A stretch of DNA of 64,000 nucleotides from the NCBI GenBank assembly GCA_944381075.1, contig CALWJT010000037.1, forward strand, positions 57,879-121,878. The letters are read 5' to 3'. This DNA comes from an uncultured Clostridia bacterium. Lineage in GTDB: Bacteria > Bacillota > Clostridia > Oscillospirales > CAG-272. This document shows, one piece after another, positions 1 through 9,374 of this stretch. Every line of letters starts with the position of its first letter. Positions within the stretch are counted from its first letter, which is position 1. Made by a program: the position numbers and the translations under genes. The notes beneath the pieces were generated by a model that ran no database searches, was not told the DNA's origin, and saw only the letters and a program-made list of their open reading frames with translations.

Positions 1-624
1 TTCCCATTCGCCGGAGCCGCTGACGTACTTCTTACCGTTCATATCTTCCATCAGATCGGAAATCGTAGCGGACACAAAATGGAAGTTGTTGGTAGAGTTG
101 GTGATGAAGCCAAATGTGAATCTGGTGGCGGAGCTGTAGTTTCTGACGCGGATCTTCACATATTCCGCTCTGGGGTTGGAGCCGCTTTCCGCGCCGATCT
201 CCATATTGGTTTTCCGGTATTCGTCGATGACGAAGCCGACGCCGGGCGCCGTGTTTTCACCGGTCACTTCAAAATGGAACACTTCGCCGTTTTCAGTAAT
301 AGACCAGGAAGCGTTCTCCAAATAGGCCTCGTAAATGTGGAGAGCCGGGGCGATCGGGATTCCGTTTTCATCGATCGGCTGATTGTAGTTGGAGCCGTTG
401 ATGACGAAAATATCGCCGTAGTCGTCAGGTCCCTCGTTCTGTTCCCATTCTCCGGTTTCCTCGTTGTATTTTGCCCAGAGAGAGGTCGTATCTGCCGAGA
501 AATCGAGGAAGTCAACGCAATCGACGCCTTGAGAATCCTGCGTGATGGGACCGGCCGAAACGAGCAGCGAGGCTGCGCTTACGACGAACAGTACCGATAA
601 AAATACTGCAAAAATTTTTTTCAT
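1..624 (-). CDS. secreted protein of unknown function (N-terminal 208 codons; C-terminus runs off the window start)
   Basis: Absent from the ORF track because there is no stop in the window. The reverse strand from ATG 624..622 reads MKKIFAVFLSVLFVVSAASLLVSAGPITQDSQ... (signal-peptide-like) and stays open to base 1. Listed + ORF 79..600 is its low-complexity antisense shadow. Confidence 0.6.
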   Translation of the reverse strand, partial: MKKIFAVFLSVLFVVSAASLLVSAGPITQDSQGVDCVDFLDFSADTTSLWAKYNEETGEWEQNEGPDDYGDIFVINGSNYNQPIDENGIPIAPALHIYEAYLENASWSITENGEVFHFEVTGENTAPGVGFVIDEYRKTNMEIGAESGSNPRAEYVKIRVRNYSSATRFTFGFITNSTNNFHFVSATISDLMEDMNGKKYVSGSGEWE

Positions 625-715
625 AAGTAAAAGATCCTTTCTGAAAATTTTTTACAAGAAGATTATACCATTTGACATGGAAAAAGTCAATATGCAATCT
701 TATGTTTTGTGCATA

Positions 716-1168
716 TTAGAAGGGAAGGTTTTCCATGTGATCGAGCATGTCGATGCGTCTTTGGTGCCTTCCGCCGAGAAATGCGGTATCTAAGAAGGCG
801 TCCGTGATTTCGGCCGCTTTTTCAAAGGGAAGAATCCGCGCGCCAAGGCACAGGACATTGGCATTGTTGTGCTGACGGGTCAATACAGCGGAATCCGTAT
901 CCCCGCAAAGAGCAGCGCGGATGCCGATATGGCGGTTTGCGGCGATGCTCATTCCGATTCCTGTGCCGCAGATCAAGATGCCGAATTCACATTCGCCGTT
1001 TTTTATTTTGCCGCATACACGCTTTGCATATACGGGGTAATCGACGGAATCTTCGGTGTCCGTTCCGAGGTTCACACACTCGTAGCCGCGGCCCGTGAGA
1101 TGCTCGATCAGTCTTTTTTTGTAGTCTACGCCGGCATGATCCGACGCGATTGCGATTTTTGTTGCCAT
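716..1168 (-). CDS. rpiB: ribose-5-phosphate isomerase B (RpiB/LacAB family)
   Basis: MATKIAIASDHAGVDYKK...ILICGTGIGMSIAANR...ARILPFEKAAEI is a typical RpiB sequence and length (150 aa). RBS AAAGGAAA lies upstream. Confidence 0.9.
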   Translation of the reverse strand: MATKIAIASDHAGVDYKKRLIEHLTGRGYECVNLGTDTEDSVDYPVYAKRVCGKIKNGECEFGILICGTGIGMSIAANRHIGIRAALCGDTDSAVLTRQHNNANVLCLGARILPFEKAAEITDAFLDTAFLGGRHQRRIDMLDHMENLPF

Positions 1169-1217
1169 ATTGGATTTCCTTTCTGTATGCTGTCCGGCCT
1201 ATGACCGGAAAAATTTT

Positions 1218-1925
1218 TCAGTGACAAAGAGGTTTTTGGAGTGTCCTTTCGGCTTGAGAAGGACGGAGATAGACCGGTCTTAGACCGGCGTCGGTAAAGT
1301 CAGCTGGCTCAGGATTTCTGCGGTATGCTTCCAGTGCCGCAAGCGCCACGCCATAGCCGTTCTGCCATCTTGCGTGCATGGGGGTTTCTTCCATATAAGA
1401 CAAAGAAAGCCCTTCCATGATCTCATAGCCGTCTCCCGTAAAATAAACAGGCTTATCATAAAGTGACAGCCTTTGCGCGAGTGCCTGTGCGGACTCCGGC
1501 GCGTCCTGCGAGAGACGGATGAGCGCTTTGCCGCGGACTTCAAACAGAGCGGTATAAAGCTGACCGCGTCTTGCATCCATCACCGGACAAATCAAAGCGT
1601 CTCCACAAAAGGGCGAGAGGCTTCTCGCCATCGCCTCCAGCGTGGATACGCCGATGCAAAGCTTATGCTTTTCAAAGGCGAGACCTTTAATAAGGGAAAT
1701 CCCGATCCGTATGCCGGTGAACGAACCGGGACCGTGCGAGACGGCGAACATGTCGACGTCATCCAGCCTGGTTCCGGTGTGGAGGAATAGATCGCGGATG
1801 ATGGGCAGCATCGTTTCGCTGTGGGTAAGACCGGATTTCTGGGAATAAACGGCGATCGGCGTCTCGTCCTCACAGAGTGCGGCCGAGGCGACGAGCGCGG
1901 AGGTGTCGATGGCAAGTATCTTCAT
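1218..1925 (-). CDS. tsaB: tRNA t6A37 biosynthesis protein TsaB (YeaZ)
   Basis: MKILAIDTSALVASAALCED...VSHGPGSFTGIRIGISLIKGLA is the TsaB signature. I start at the internal ATG 1925 (ATGA overlap with the tsaE stop); the track ORF extends upstream to 2057. Confidence 0.9.
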   Translation of the reverse strand: MKILAIDTSALVASAALCEDETPIAVYSQKSGLTHSETMLPIIRDLFLHTGTRLDDVDMFAVSHGPGSFTGIRIGISLIKGLAFEKHKLCIGVSTLEAMARSLSPFCGDALICPVMDARRGQLYTALFEVRGKALIRLSQDAPESAQALAQRLSLYDKPVYFTGDGYEIMEGLSLSYMEETPMHARWQNGYGVALAALEAYRRNPEPADFTDAGLRPVYLRPSQAERTLQKPLCH

Positions 1926-2401
1926 AGGCTTTCCTTTCTGCTGCCCGCGGCGTTTCGCCGGATGCGGATGGTACGCATATCGGGATGGGCCGCATCTTTT
2001 TCGATATAAACAGAAATGTAGTCTTCCGGCAGCCACGGTCCGATGTTTTCGCTCCATTCGGCAAAGCAGATGCCACGGCGTTCGAGGTAATCGTCGAATC
2101 CTATGCCGTAAAGGGAATCGTCGTCGCTTATCCGGTACATATCGAAGTGAAAGACGGGGATTTTTCCGGGATATTCATTGACGATGGTGTAGGTCGGGCT
2201 CTGGACGCGCGTACCGGGCGACAAATATGACACCGCTCCGCGGACAAACGCTGTTTTGCCGGCACCGATCTCCCCAAATAGAGCGACAAAGTCACCGGGA
2301 ACAAGTGTCTTGGCAAACGCGACGCCGGCAGCTTCCGTTTCGGCGGGATCCCGCGTGAGGATTTTTTCCGTTGTCATTTCTTCTCTCATCCTAAATATCA
2401 A
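1922..2401 (-). CDS. tsaE: tRNA t6A37 biosynthesis ATPase TsaE (YjeE)
   Basis: P-loop FGEIGAGKTAFVRG and SPTYTIVNEY...FHFDMYR motifs; translationally coupled to tsaB. The start may be one of the in-frame Met codons at 2389 or 2377. Confidence 0.85.
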   Translation of the reverse strand: MIFRMREEMTTEKILTRDPAETEAAGVAFAKTLVPGDFVALFGEIGAGKTAFVRGAVSYLSPGTRVQSPTYTIVNEYPGKIPVFHFDMYRISDDDSLYGIGFDDYLERRGICFAEWSENIGPWLPEDYISVYIEKDAAHPDMRTIRIRRNAAGSRKESL

Positions 2402-2407
2402 ATTCCG

Positions 2408-3625
2408 TTATCGCTTGACTCTTGCGAGCGTATGAAGACTGACCTCCAGCGCTTGACAGAGGGCTTCGATATCCTCCTCTGTGTTCTGCATGCCGAAGGA
2501 GATCCGTATGGTGCAGTCCGCGTCCTGCTTTGAAAGTCCAAAGGAGCGCAGCGTATCGCTGGCATGTCCGGTGTTGGAGGAGCAGGCGGAGCCGCTTGAA
2601 ACGAATACTCCGCGGGCGGAAAGGCTGTGCAGAAGGGTTTCGCTGCGGATCCCGGGGACGGTAAGGCTTACGATATGCGGCGCGACGGAAACGGTCTGCG
2701 GGAGGTTGATCCTTACGCCGGATCCGGAAAAGCGGGCGAGCCGGTCCTCCAGCATATGGCGCAGCGACCGCATTTGCGAGAGGAAATCGGGAAAATGCTT
2801 GCTGCCGTCCGCTGCCGCAGCACCGAAGCCGGCGATGCCGATGACGTTTTCCGTTCCGGAGCGCATCCCCCATTCCTGTCCGCCGCCGAAGATGACGGGG
2901 GAAAGCGCGCGGGTCTTTCGTATTTTATCGTTGATATAAAGCGCGCCGACGCCCTTCGGACCGCCGATTTTATGCGCGCTTATCGTCACCATATCCGCAT
3001 GCTCTGCGGGGGAGCCCTCGATTTTGAGAAATCCCTGTACCGCGTCGCAGTGGATGAGCACGTCGGGATTTGCCGCTCTTGCCAGGGCTGCGATTTGCGC
3101 AAGGTCATTCACGGCGCCGGTTTCATTGTTGACGAGCATGGCGCACACGAGGATGACGTCCTTGCCTAAGGCGTGGCGGTAGGCTTCCATATCCCATGCG
3201 CCCTGCGGCGAGGGGATGCGGACGACATGGAATCCAAGCGATGCCAGATGAGCGGCTGATTCCAGAACGGACGCATGCTCCGTTTCTCCGACGAGGATCG
3301 TTTTTCCGCGGTTGCGTTCCTTGGCTGCCGCCGAGCCGATGATGGCAAGATTGTTGGCCTCCGTGCCGCTTGCGGTAAAAATCAGGTTCTCCGGCTTCGG
3401 ATGCAGCCCTATTTTAATCGGAGAAAGCGCCGCCAAGACATTTGACCGCGCTTCGTTGACTGCTTCCTCCGCTTCTACGCCGAGTGTATGGAGCGAGGAA
3501 GGGTTCCCGTATACATGCTCCATGATCTCTATCATTTTTTCGCGCGCAGCGCCGCAGAGCGGCGTAGTCGCGCTGTTGTCAAGATAATGCTCTTTTCTCA
3601 TTTGCCTGTGTCCGTCAAAATTCAA
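2408..3625 (-). CDS. cysteine desulfurase (NifS/IscS-type class V aminotransferase), copy 1
   Basis: YLDNSATTP N-terminus, PLP-lysine motif SAHKIGGPKGVGALY, active-site loop SSGSACSS. An alternative start (MRKEHY) at 3601 would remove the 11-nt overlap with the upstream gene. Confidence 0.85.
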   Translation of the reverse strand: MNFDGHRQMRKEHYLDNSATTPLCGAAREKMIEIMEHVYGNPSSLHTLGVEAEEAVNEARSNVLAALSPIKIGLHPKPENLIFTASGTEANNLAIIGSAAAKERNRGKTILVGETEHASVLESAAHLASLGFHVVRIPSPQGAWDMEAYRHALGKDVILVCAMLVNNETGAVNDLAQIAALARAANPDVLIHCDAVQGFLKIEGSPAEHADMVTISAHKIGGPKGVGALYINDKIRKTRALSPVIFGGGQEWGMRSGTENVIGIAGFGAAAADGSKHFPDFLSQMRSLRHMLEDRLARFSGSGVRINLPQTVSVAPHIVSLTVPGIRSETLLHSLSARGVFVSSGSACSSNTGHASDTLRSFGLSKQDADCTIRISFGMQNTEEDIEALCQALEVSLHTLARVKR

Positions 3626-4178
3626 AATTTTTCACCATAGAGGAGACCTCCTCCAGATGCTCCGAAAAGACGGCTTCCGCCGCTGTGTAGGTGAAGATAT
3701 AAAGGTAGCCGGCGTTCATCATAAAATACTGCATGATCTTGTAGGTTACTCCGTCGCTCTCTACCGTATATACATATTTTACGCAGCCGACCTCCTGTAC
3801 GCCGAAATACTGTCCCTCTGTGCTGCATTCATCTTCTAACAGGACGGTATTTTTGAAGGTGGACTGTATTTTTGTGTAATAATTTGTACGGAAATAATCA
3901 TCCGCGCTCGCATAGCTTCCGCTCGGCGTCATGGGAACAAGGGAAACGTTGCTGCCGTCGCTGGCCTTGGCGCCGATCATGCTGGTCCCCGTGTCGGCGC
4001 CGGCATAGGACTGGGGGATCCAGTCGTCCGGCACATACAGCTTGCAGCTTACAAAATCGCTGTCGACAAGGATCATGCCGTCCGGTATGCTGGGGTCGTC
4101 GTTCCCGCAGGAGCAAAGGGCAAACAGTGCCATAGAAACGACGAGCGTGACTGCTGTAATTCTCTTTAATATCCTCAT
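3615..4178 (-). CDS. lipoprotein of unknown function
   Basis: MRILKRITAVTLVVSMALFALCSCGNDD has a signal peptide plus lipobox (LCSC). No recognisable domain. Confidence 0.6.
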   Translation of the reverse strand: MRILKRITAVTLVVSMALFALCSCGNDDPSIPDGMILVDSDFVSCKLYVPDDWIPQSYAGADTGTSMIGAKASDGSNVSLVPMTPSGSYASADDYFRTNYYTKIQSTFKNTVLLEDECSTEGQYFGVQEVGCVKYVYTVESDGVTYKIMQYFMMNAGYLYIFTYTAAEAVFSEHLEEVSSMVKNFEF

Positions 4179-4325
4179 TTGAATTCCTCTTTATTTTATG
4201 CCTCGCGGCTCTCTTTTCATATTTACAAATTATTATATCATATTTTTTTATCCTGTCAATGCGTGGGCCGTGAAAAAACTGTAAATATCCCGTATAAATC
4301 TTCCTTGTGAAATCCAAAATGGGTA

Positions 4326-4354
4326 TTGCATTTGCGGGAAAAATCTGTTATAAT
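4326..4354 (+). promoter_or_regulatory. sigma-A type promoter for the SRP RNA
   Basis: TTGCAT (4326-31), 17 nt spacer, TATAAT (4349-54). Confidence 0.6.
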
Positions 4355-4364
4355 AATCGAAGCG

Positions 4365-4657
4365 AGATATAAAATCAGGTCATACCGGCCGGGGAGTCAG
4401 CGGTGCCCTGTACCTGCAATCCGCTACAGCAGGGGTGGTTTCCCATTTTGAGGGATGATTTTGTGTGGTCTGCGCTGTATCTCCCCCGTGATGACGGGTG
4501 GGTCTCGTGCAATCGGCGGCTGTGAATCATGTCAGGCGGGGAACCGAGCAGCATTAAGCAGCTCAGCCGATGTGCCACGAGGCGGCCTGCCCCGAGCGGG
4601 GAATACGGCTTACGCATGGAGGATCTTCTCGATATTTGGGTGTATGGCCTGATTTTG
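4365..4657 (+). ncRNA. ffs: signal recognition particle RNA (large, Bacillus-type scRNA with Alu domain)
   Basis: Conserved domain IV core GTCAGGCGGGGAACCGAGCAGC...AAGCAGC...GATGTGCC at 4530-4578. A terminal helix pairs AAAATCAGGTCATACC (4371-86) with GGGTGTATGGCCTGATTTT (4638-56). No credible ORF. Sits directly upstream of dnaX-ybaB-recR, as in B. subtilis. Ends are approximate. Confidence 0.8.
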
Positions 4658-4694
4658 TAGCTCGCTCTTAGTTTGATGAGGAGGTGGCGGTTTC

Positions 4695-6293
4695 ATGTAT
4701 CAGGCGCTTTATCGAAAATGGCGTCCTGCGGTATTCGACGATGTTGTGGGACAGGAACACATCACGTCCATTCTCAAAAGCGAGGTCGAAAGCGGAAAGA
4801 TCTCGCACGCTTACCTTTTCTGCGGACCGCGCGGTACCGGAAAGACCACCTGTGCCAAAATCATTGCAAAGGCGGCGAACTGCGAGCATCCGGAGCATGG
4901 GAACCCGTGCGGGAAGTGTCCCTCCTGCCTTTTGGTGGAGGAGGGCTCGGCAACGGACATCATCGAAATGGACGCGGCGAGCAACAACGGCGTCGACAAC
5001 ATCCGGGACCTGCGGGACGGTATCCTCTATACGCCTGCGGATTTAAAATACCGCGTCTATATTATCGACGAAGTGCATATGCTCTCGATCTCAGCCTTCA
5101 ATGCGCTTTTGAAAACACTTGAGGAGCCGCCGGAGCACGTCATTTTCATTCTTGCAACAACGGAACTGCATAAAATCCCGGCGACGGTGCTCTCGCGCTG
5201 TCAGCGATTCGACTTTCACCGCGTTTCCTCTGAGGCGATCGTCGGTCGGCTGAAAACGGTATGCGCAGGCGAGGGCATCGAGGCGGAGCCGCGTGCCCTG
5301 TCGCTGATCGCCGGTCTTTCGCAGGGCGGACTCCGAGATGCGCTCAATATGCTGGAATACTGTGCGGGGGAAGGAGAGGTCATCACGGCGGAACGGGCGG
5401 AAAATCTGCTCGGCGCCTCGCCTCGCTCGCTCCTTGCTTCGTTTGCCGATGCGGTCGCTGTGCGCGACGCGGTTCCGGCCCTTGCTGTGATTGACGAGGT
5501 TTATCAGTCCTCGCGCGATATCGCGGTGTTCTGGCGGGAGCTTGTCTCCTTTTATCGGGACATGCTCATCGCGCTGGGCACGAAAATGGCAAGGGCAGGC
5601 GACGAAACCGTGAAGCATTCGGCGGGCGCTTATTCGCTGCCGCGCCTTTTGTATGTGATGGAGATCCTTATTTCGGCGGAAACGGATATGCAGAAAAATC
5701 CGTCCGGCGCAAGATTATATGCGGAGATGGCGGTCATTCGCGCGTGCGACAGCTCGCTTGAGGGAAGCCCGTCGGCGCTTGCCGAACGGATCTCCGCGCT
5801 GGAGCAGAGACTTGCCGAGGGTCCCGCGTCGCCCTCCGAGCCTTTGAGACCTGAGCCCAAGGCCGATCCCGATATGACGAAAAAGGAGGAGCTGAAAGCG
5901 CCTGCCGCGTCTCCAAAGGAAACGGCTCCGCAGCCTGCCCCGCCGCAAAAGGAAAAATCTCGTGAAAAAACTCTGCGGGGATTCCGGAAATGGCCGGAGG
6001 TGATACGGAAGCTTTCCGCCACGGAAGGGCTGCTGGTTCCGTTTTTGCAGTCCGCCTATGCGTATGAAGGGTCTGACGGCAGGTTCTACCTGTATTTTGA
6101 AAATTCCTTTGCCGTATCCCTTTTGACGGAGGAAAAAAAACGCACGCTGTGCGCCGCCGTCAATGCGGCGGGCGGCGGAAATTACCAGCCGTCTGAAATC
6201 ATCGGGACGGTAAGGGAGGATGCGGGAGGACTGCGCGAGCCGATCGACGATCTTCTCGATATGGAGACTCAAAAGGAGAACTCCGGATTTTGA
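4695..6293 (+). CDS. dnaX: DNA polymerase III subunit gamma/tau
   Basis: MYQALYRKWRP..F.DVVGQEHI...YLFCGPRGTGKTTCAKI...C..C..C clamp-loader signature. RBS GAGGAGGTGG. Confidence 0.95.
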   Translation: MYQALYRKWRPAVFDDVVGQEHITSILKSEVESGKISHAYLFCGPRGTGKTTCAKIIAKAANCEHPEHGNPCGKCPSCLLVEEGSATDIIEMDAASNNGVDNIRDLRDGILYTPADLKYRVYIIDEVHMLSISAFNALLKTLEEPPEHVIFILATTELHKIPATVLSRCQRFDFHRVSSEAIVGRLKTVCAGEGIEAEPRALSLIAGLSQGGLRDALNMLEYCAGEGEVITAERAENLLGASPRSLLASFADAVAVRDAVPALAVIDEVYQSSRDIAVFWRELVSFYRDMLIALGTKMARAGDETVKHSAGAYSLPRLLYVMEILISAETDMQKNPSGARLYAEMAVIRACDSSLEGSPSALAERISALEQRLAEGPASPSEPLRPEPKADPDMTKKEELKAPAASPKETAPQPAPPQKEKSREKTLRGFRKWPEVIRKLSATEGLLVPFLQSAYAYEGSDGRFYLYFENSFAVSLLTEEKKRTLCAAVNAAGGGNYQPSEIIGTVREDAGGLREPIDDLLDMETQKENSGF

Positions 6294-6329
6294 TCTATTA
6301 TTCTATTCGCCAAAGGAGAGAACAGGGTT

Positions 6330-6674
6330 ATGAAAGCAAGAGTACCTCAAGGACCTTCCATGAACGCCATGCTGAAGCAGGCGCAGAAAATGCAGGAGGA
6401 TATGGCAGCGCTCCAGGCTGAGCTTGAGGAGCGGGAATATGAGATTTCCGCCGGAGGCGGCGCCGTCAAAATCAAGATCAACGGGAAAAAAGAGATCTTA
6501 TCGCTTGAAATCTCTCCGGAGATCGTCGATCCGGACGATGTAGAGACGCTTTCGGATATTCTGACGGCAGGCATCAACGAAGCGATCCGCCGTGTTGAGG
6601 AAACCTCGCAGCGCGAGATGGAAAAAATCACGTCCGGCATGCCGGGGATGCCCGGCATGCCAGGGCTTTTTTGA
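6330..6674 (+). CDS. ybaB: nucleoid-associated protein YbaB/EbfC
   Basis: 114 aa with the NMNAMLKQAQKMQEDM...GGGAVKIKINGK pattern. Canonical position between dnaX and recR. Confidence 0.9.
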   Translation: MKARVPQGPSMNAMLKQAQKMQEDMAALQAELEEREYEISAGGGAVKIKINGKKEILSLEISPEIVDPDDVETLSDILTAGINEAIRRVEETSQREMEKITSGMPGMPGMPGLF

Positions 6675-6693
6675 GAAGGAGCGGAGCTGAATC

Positions 6694-7290
6694 TTGGAAT
6701 ACATTCTTCCGCTTCAGAAGCTGATCGAGCAGTTCTGCCGGCTTTCCGGCGTCGGACAAAAAACGGCTGTCCGCTATGCGTTTTCCGTTCTGGACATGAG
6801 CGAAGAGGAGGCGAAGGCGTTCGCCGACGCGATCGTTTCCGCCAAGCGGGACATCGTGAAATGCGAGATATGCGGGAACCTCAGCGATAAGCCGGTATGC
6901 AGCATCTGCTCGGATGAGCGTCGGGACCGGTCGGTCGTCTGTGTGGTCGAGGATGCCAAAACGGTGATGGCGCTCGAAAGAGTAAAGGAATACAACGGGA
7001 CGTATCATGTTCTGGGAGGCGCCATATCGCCAATGGACGGTGTGGGGCCGGATGAGCTGCGCATCGGAGAGCTTTTGGACAGGATCCGAAAGGGCGGCAT
7101 ACGGGAAGTGATCCTCGCGACCAATCCCAATATCGAGGGGGAGACGACCGCAATGTACTTGTCGAAGCTGCTTTCTCCGCTCGGCGTGCGCGTGACGCGG
7201 CTTGCCTACGGCGTTCCGGTGGGCGCGGACCTCGAATATGCGGATGAGGTGACGCTTCTGCGCGCGCTGGACGGACGGCGCGATATTTAA
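6694..7290 (+). CDS. recR: recombination protein RecR
   Basis: LIEQFCRLSGVGQKTA HhH motif, zinc finger C..CGN...C.IC, Toprim VCVVEDAKTVMALE. TTG start with GGAG 7 nt upstream. Confidence 0.95.
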   Translation: MEYILPLQKLIEQFCRLSGVGQKTAVRYAFSVLDMSEEEAKAFADAIVSAKRDIVKCEICGNLSDKPVCSICSDERRDRSVVCVVEDAKTVMALERVKEYNGTYHVLGGAISPMDGVGPDELRIGELLDRIRKGGIREVILATNPNIEGETTAMYLSKLLSPLGVRVTRLAYGVPVGADLEYADEVTLLRALDGRRDI

Positions 7291-7814
7291 TCCTGCGGCA
7301 GCAGCAGGCGGCAGATAAGAGAAGAGAAGAATACGCAGAACAGCATTGCGGCAAAGGCGGCGGGCAGGGCATGGCGGGTCTTTCTCACATTGACCGACGC
7401 AAAATAAACTGCGCTTACATAAAGAATGGTATCGGAAGAGCCGAGCAGCACGGAGGCTACGTTTCCCGCAAAGCTGTCGGCTCCGTATTGTTCAAATAGC
7501 TCTGAAATCATGGCGTTCGACGCGCTTCCGGAGATCGGTCTCATGATGACAAGAGGAAGGATCTCGGAGGGGATCCCGATTTTTTCGCAAAACGGCGCGA
7601 TTTTTTCCGCTAAGAAATCTACCAGTCCGGAAGCGGAAAGCATCGATACCGAAACCATCAGGACAATCAGCGTCGGGAGCAGGCCGACGCAGGTCCGGAT
7701 GCCGTCCTTTGTTCCGTCTATAAAATGGTCGAACGATGTCCTTTTGGAAAAAAGGAGAGCAGCGCCGACAAGTACGATAACGCCGCAGATGACGGCGGAG
7801 GCAAGGAGCTCCAA
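7287..7814 (-). CDS. spmB: spore maturation protein B (nucleoside-recognition/Gate-domain membrane protein)
   Basis: Polytopic membrane protein ...MRPISGSASNAMISELF...SAVYFASV. Paired with spmA. Confidence 0.85.
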   Translation of the reverse strand: MELLASAVICGVIVLVGAALLFSKRTSFDHFIDGTKDGIRTCVGLLPTLIVLMVSVSMLSASGLVDFLAEKIAPFCEKIGIPSEILPLVIMRPISGSASNAMISELFEQYGADSFAGNVASVLLGSSDTILYVSAVYFASVNVRKTRHALPAAFAAMLFCVFFSSLICRLLLPQD

Positions 7815-7820
7815 TTTTTA

Positions 7821-8480
7821 TCACTCCGTTCCGGCTTTCGATTCCCGCGTTTTGGGAGGTGCGCTATCCCGTGCGTTTTTCATTTTGTATCCGGCGTGGG
7901 AAAACAGCGCAAAGGCTTTGGCAAAAAACACAGCGACCGCGGCGCAGACCACCGAACAAATCCATACGGGAATCAGAATGGAAAACGGATTTGCCGATCC
8001 TGCCGCCCGCCGGAGTGCAATGAGCGTTGTCGGCATCAGGGAAACGGCGCAGGTATTCATAACGACAAAGGTGATCATGTCATCCGAAGCGGTGCCGTCG
8101 TCTCCGTTTGCTTTGCTGAGCGCCTTCATTGCTTGGATGCCGATGGGGGTCGCCGCATTTCCGAGACCAAGCATATTGGCGCTGATATTGGCGGCGATTT
8201 CGTCGGTCGCGATCCCTTTTTTGCAGTTTTCTGGAAATATGAATTTCAGTATCGGCGCGATGACTTTGGCAAGCAGACGACATACGCCGATATCCTGAAG
8301 AACGCACATGACGCCGCTCCAAAATCCCATCGTTCCGACAAGCGCAAGGGTCAATGTGACCGCTTTCGACGCGCCGTCGAGCATTGCGCCGGCAAGCTGT
8401 GACAAATTTCCTGTGAAAATTGCAAAAATCAGGGAGATTATGCTAATAATTGAGAATATTTTACCTAAGATATGAATCAT
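7821..8480 (-). CDS. spmA: spore maturation protein A
   Basis: ...ANISANMLGLGNAATPIGIQAMKAL... is a typical SpmA motif. Lies upstream of spmB. Confidence 0.85.
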   Translation of the reverse strand: MIHILGKIFSIISIISLIFAIFTGNLSQLAGAMLDGASKAVTLTLALVGTMGFWSGVMCVLQDIGVCRLLAKVIAPILKFIFPENCKKGIATDEIAANISANMLGLGNAATPIGIQAMKALSKANGDDGTASDDMITFVVMNTCAVSLMPTTLIALRRAAGSANPFSILIPVWICSVVCAAVAVFFAKAFALFSHAGYKMKNARDSAPPKTRESKAGTE

Positions 8481-8536
8481 CTCCTTTATGATTTTTGTTA
8501 AATATTACTGAATTTTCGGAATTTTATTTACATTTA

Positions 8537-8565
8537 TTGACAAAATTAACACCGCATGGTATACT
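8537..8565 (+). promoter_or_regulatory. sigma-A promoter of abrB
   Basis: TTGACA (8537-42), 17 nt spacer, TGgTATACT (8560-65 is the -10). Confidence 0.6.
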
Positions 8566-8612
8566 AACCTTACCCTGAATTTAAATTTAATTTTAGAGGA
8601 GGCCTAATTGTC

Positions 8613-8876
8613 ATGAAATCGACAGGAATCGTCAGAAGAATTGATGAGCTTGGAAGAATTGTACTTCCCATTGAAATCAGAAAAAATCTGAATCTCGGAA
8701 GCCGCGATGCGGTGGAAATCTTCGTAAATGAAGATACGATTGTTTTGAAAAAATATGAACCGGCATGCATCTTTTGCGGAAGTATGGACAATGCGTCTTT
8801 GTTCAGAGGCAAAATTATTTGTGATAAGTGTCTCTCTGAATTGAAAAAGACAGACTGCGATAATGCAGATTCGTAA
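8613..8876 (+). CDS. abrB: transition-state regulator AbrB (SpoVT/AbrB swapped-hairpin domain)
   Basis: MKSTGIVRRIDELGRIVLPIEIRKNLNL..RDAVEIFV.EDTIVLKKY matches the AbrB N-terminal DNA-binding domain nearly perfectly. Confidence 0.85.
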   Translation: MKSTGIVRRIDELGRIVLPIEIRKNLNLGSRDAVEIFVNEDTIVLKKYEPACIFCGSMDNASLFRGKIICDKCLSELKKTDCDNADS

Positions 8877-8897
8877 TATTTTTATTCGAGGCTACAT

Positions 8898-8936
8898 AAA
8901 AAAATCACGCATTGTGTTAAAATGCGTGATTTTTTT
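8898..8936. terminator. bidirectional intrinsic terminator (abrB / RNHCP gene)
   Basis: AAAAAAATCACGCATT-loop-AATGCGTGATTTTTTT: a perfect hairpin flanked by an A-run and a T-run. Confidence 0.8.
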
Positions 8937-9264
8937 ATGTTTCTTTTGCCGTCAGAGAGATCAAAAGCTCGATATCGTCGGGCTGGACGCTCGCCTCGTT
9001 TGCCGCCCGGTTGCGGCGGATCTCCCCGCATTTCTCGCATCGGTGTACGATGACATATCCTTTCTTGGAATCGATTTCCACCTTTATCGGCCTCATGATT
9101 CCTCCGCAGGGATTGGCCCTGTCTCCGGGGTGGATATCCACGTGCAGAGAGCATAAGCATTTTGGACAATGATTGCGGGAGCTGTATCCGAGGGGCTTAA
9201 CCTCCAGACCGCAATTTTTACAAATAAAAGAATCGTCGTTTTTCTGGAATCGTTTCTGTTCCAT
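8935..9264 (-). CDS. RNHCP domain-containing zinc-ribbon protein
   Basis: Contains the literal SRNHCPKCLCSLHVD motif plus C..C pairs (CKNCG, CEKCG). Confidence 0.8.
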   Translation of the reverse strand: MEQKRFQKNDDSFICKNCGLEVKPLGYSSRNHCPKCLCSLHVDIHPGDRANPCGGIMRPIKVEIDSKKGYVIVHRCEKCGEIRRNRAANEASVQPDDIELLISLTAKET

Positions 9265-9345
9265 GAAGTGCCTCCAAGCTGAATGTGCAGCATTTTTCTT
9301 ACCATCATCATACCGGTTTTCTTATTTTTTGTCAAGACTGCTTGC

Positions 9346-9374
9346 TTGACAGGCAGGAACGTCCATGATATAAT
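9346..9374 (+). promoter_or_regulatory. consensus sigma-A promoter upstream of the HAD phosphatase gene
   Basis: TTGACA (9346-51), 17 nt spacer, TGaTATAAT (-10 at 9369-74). Leaves a ~165-nt 5' UTR. Confidence 0.6.

Noticed and set aside
79-600. 173-aa + strand ORF (MEVVGRVGDEAKCESGGG...)
   Set aside because: It has low-complexity, Gly/Val/Arg-rich composition typical of an antisense frame. The opposite strand encodes a much more protein-like signal-peptide-bearing ORF that is open to the window edge.
6133-6140. A8 run inside dnaX as a possible gamma/tau frameshift or transcriptional-slippage site
   Set aside because: It lies at about codon 480 of 532, so it would only remove the last ~50 aa. 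I see no downstream stimulatory hairpin or AAAAAAG-type context. It is most likely just Lys/Glu codons (EEKKR).
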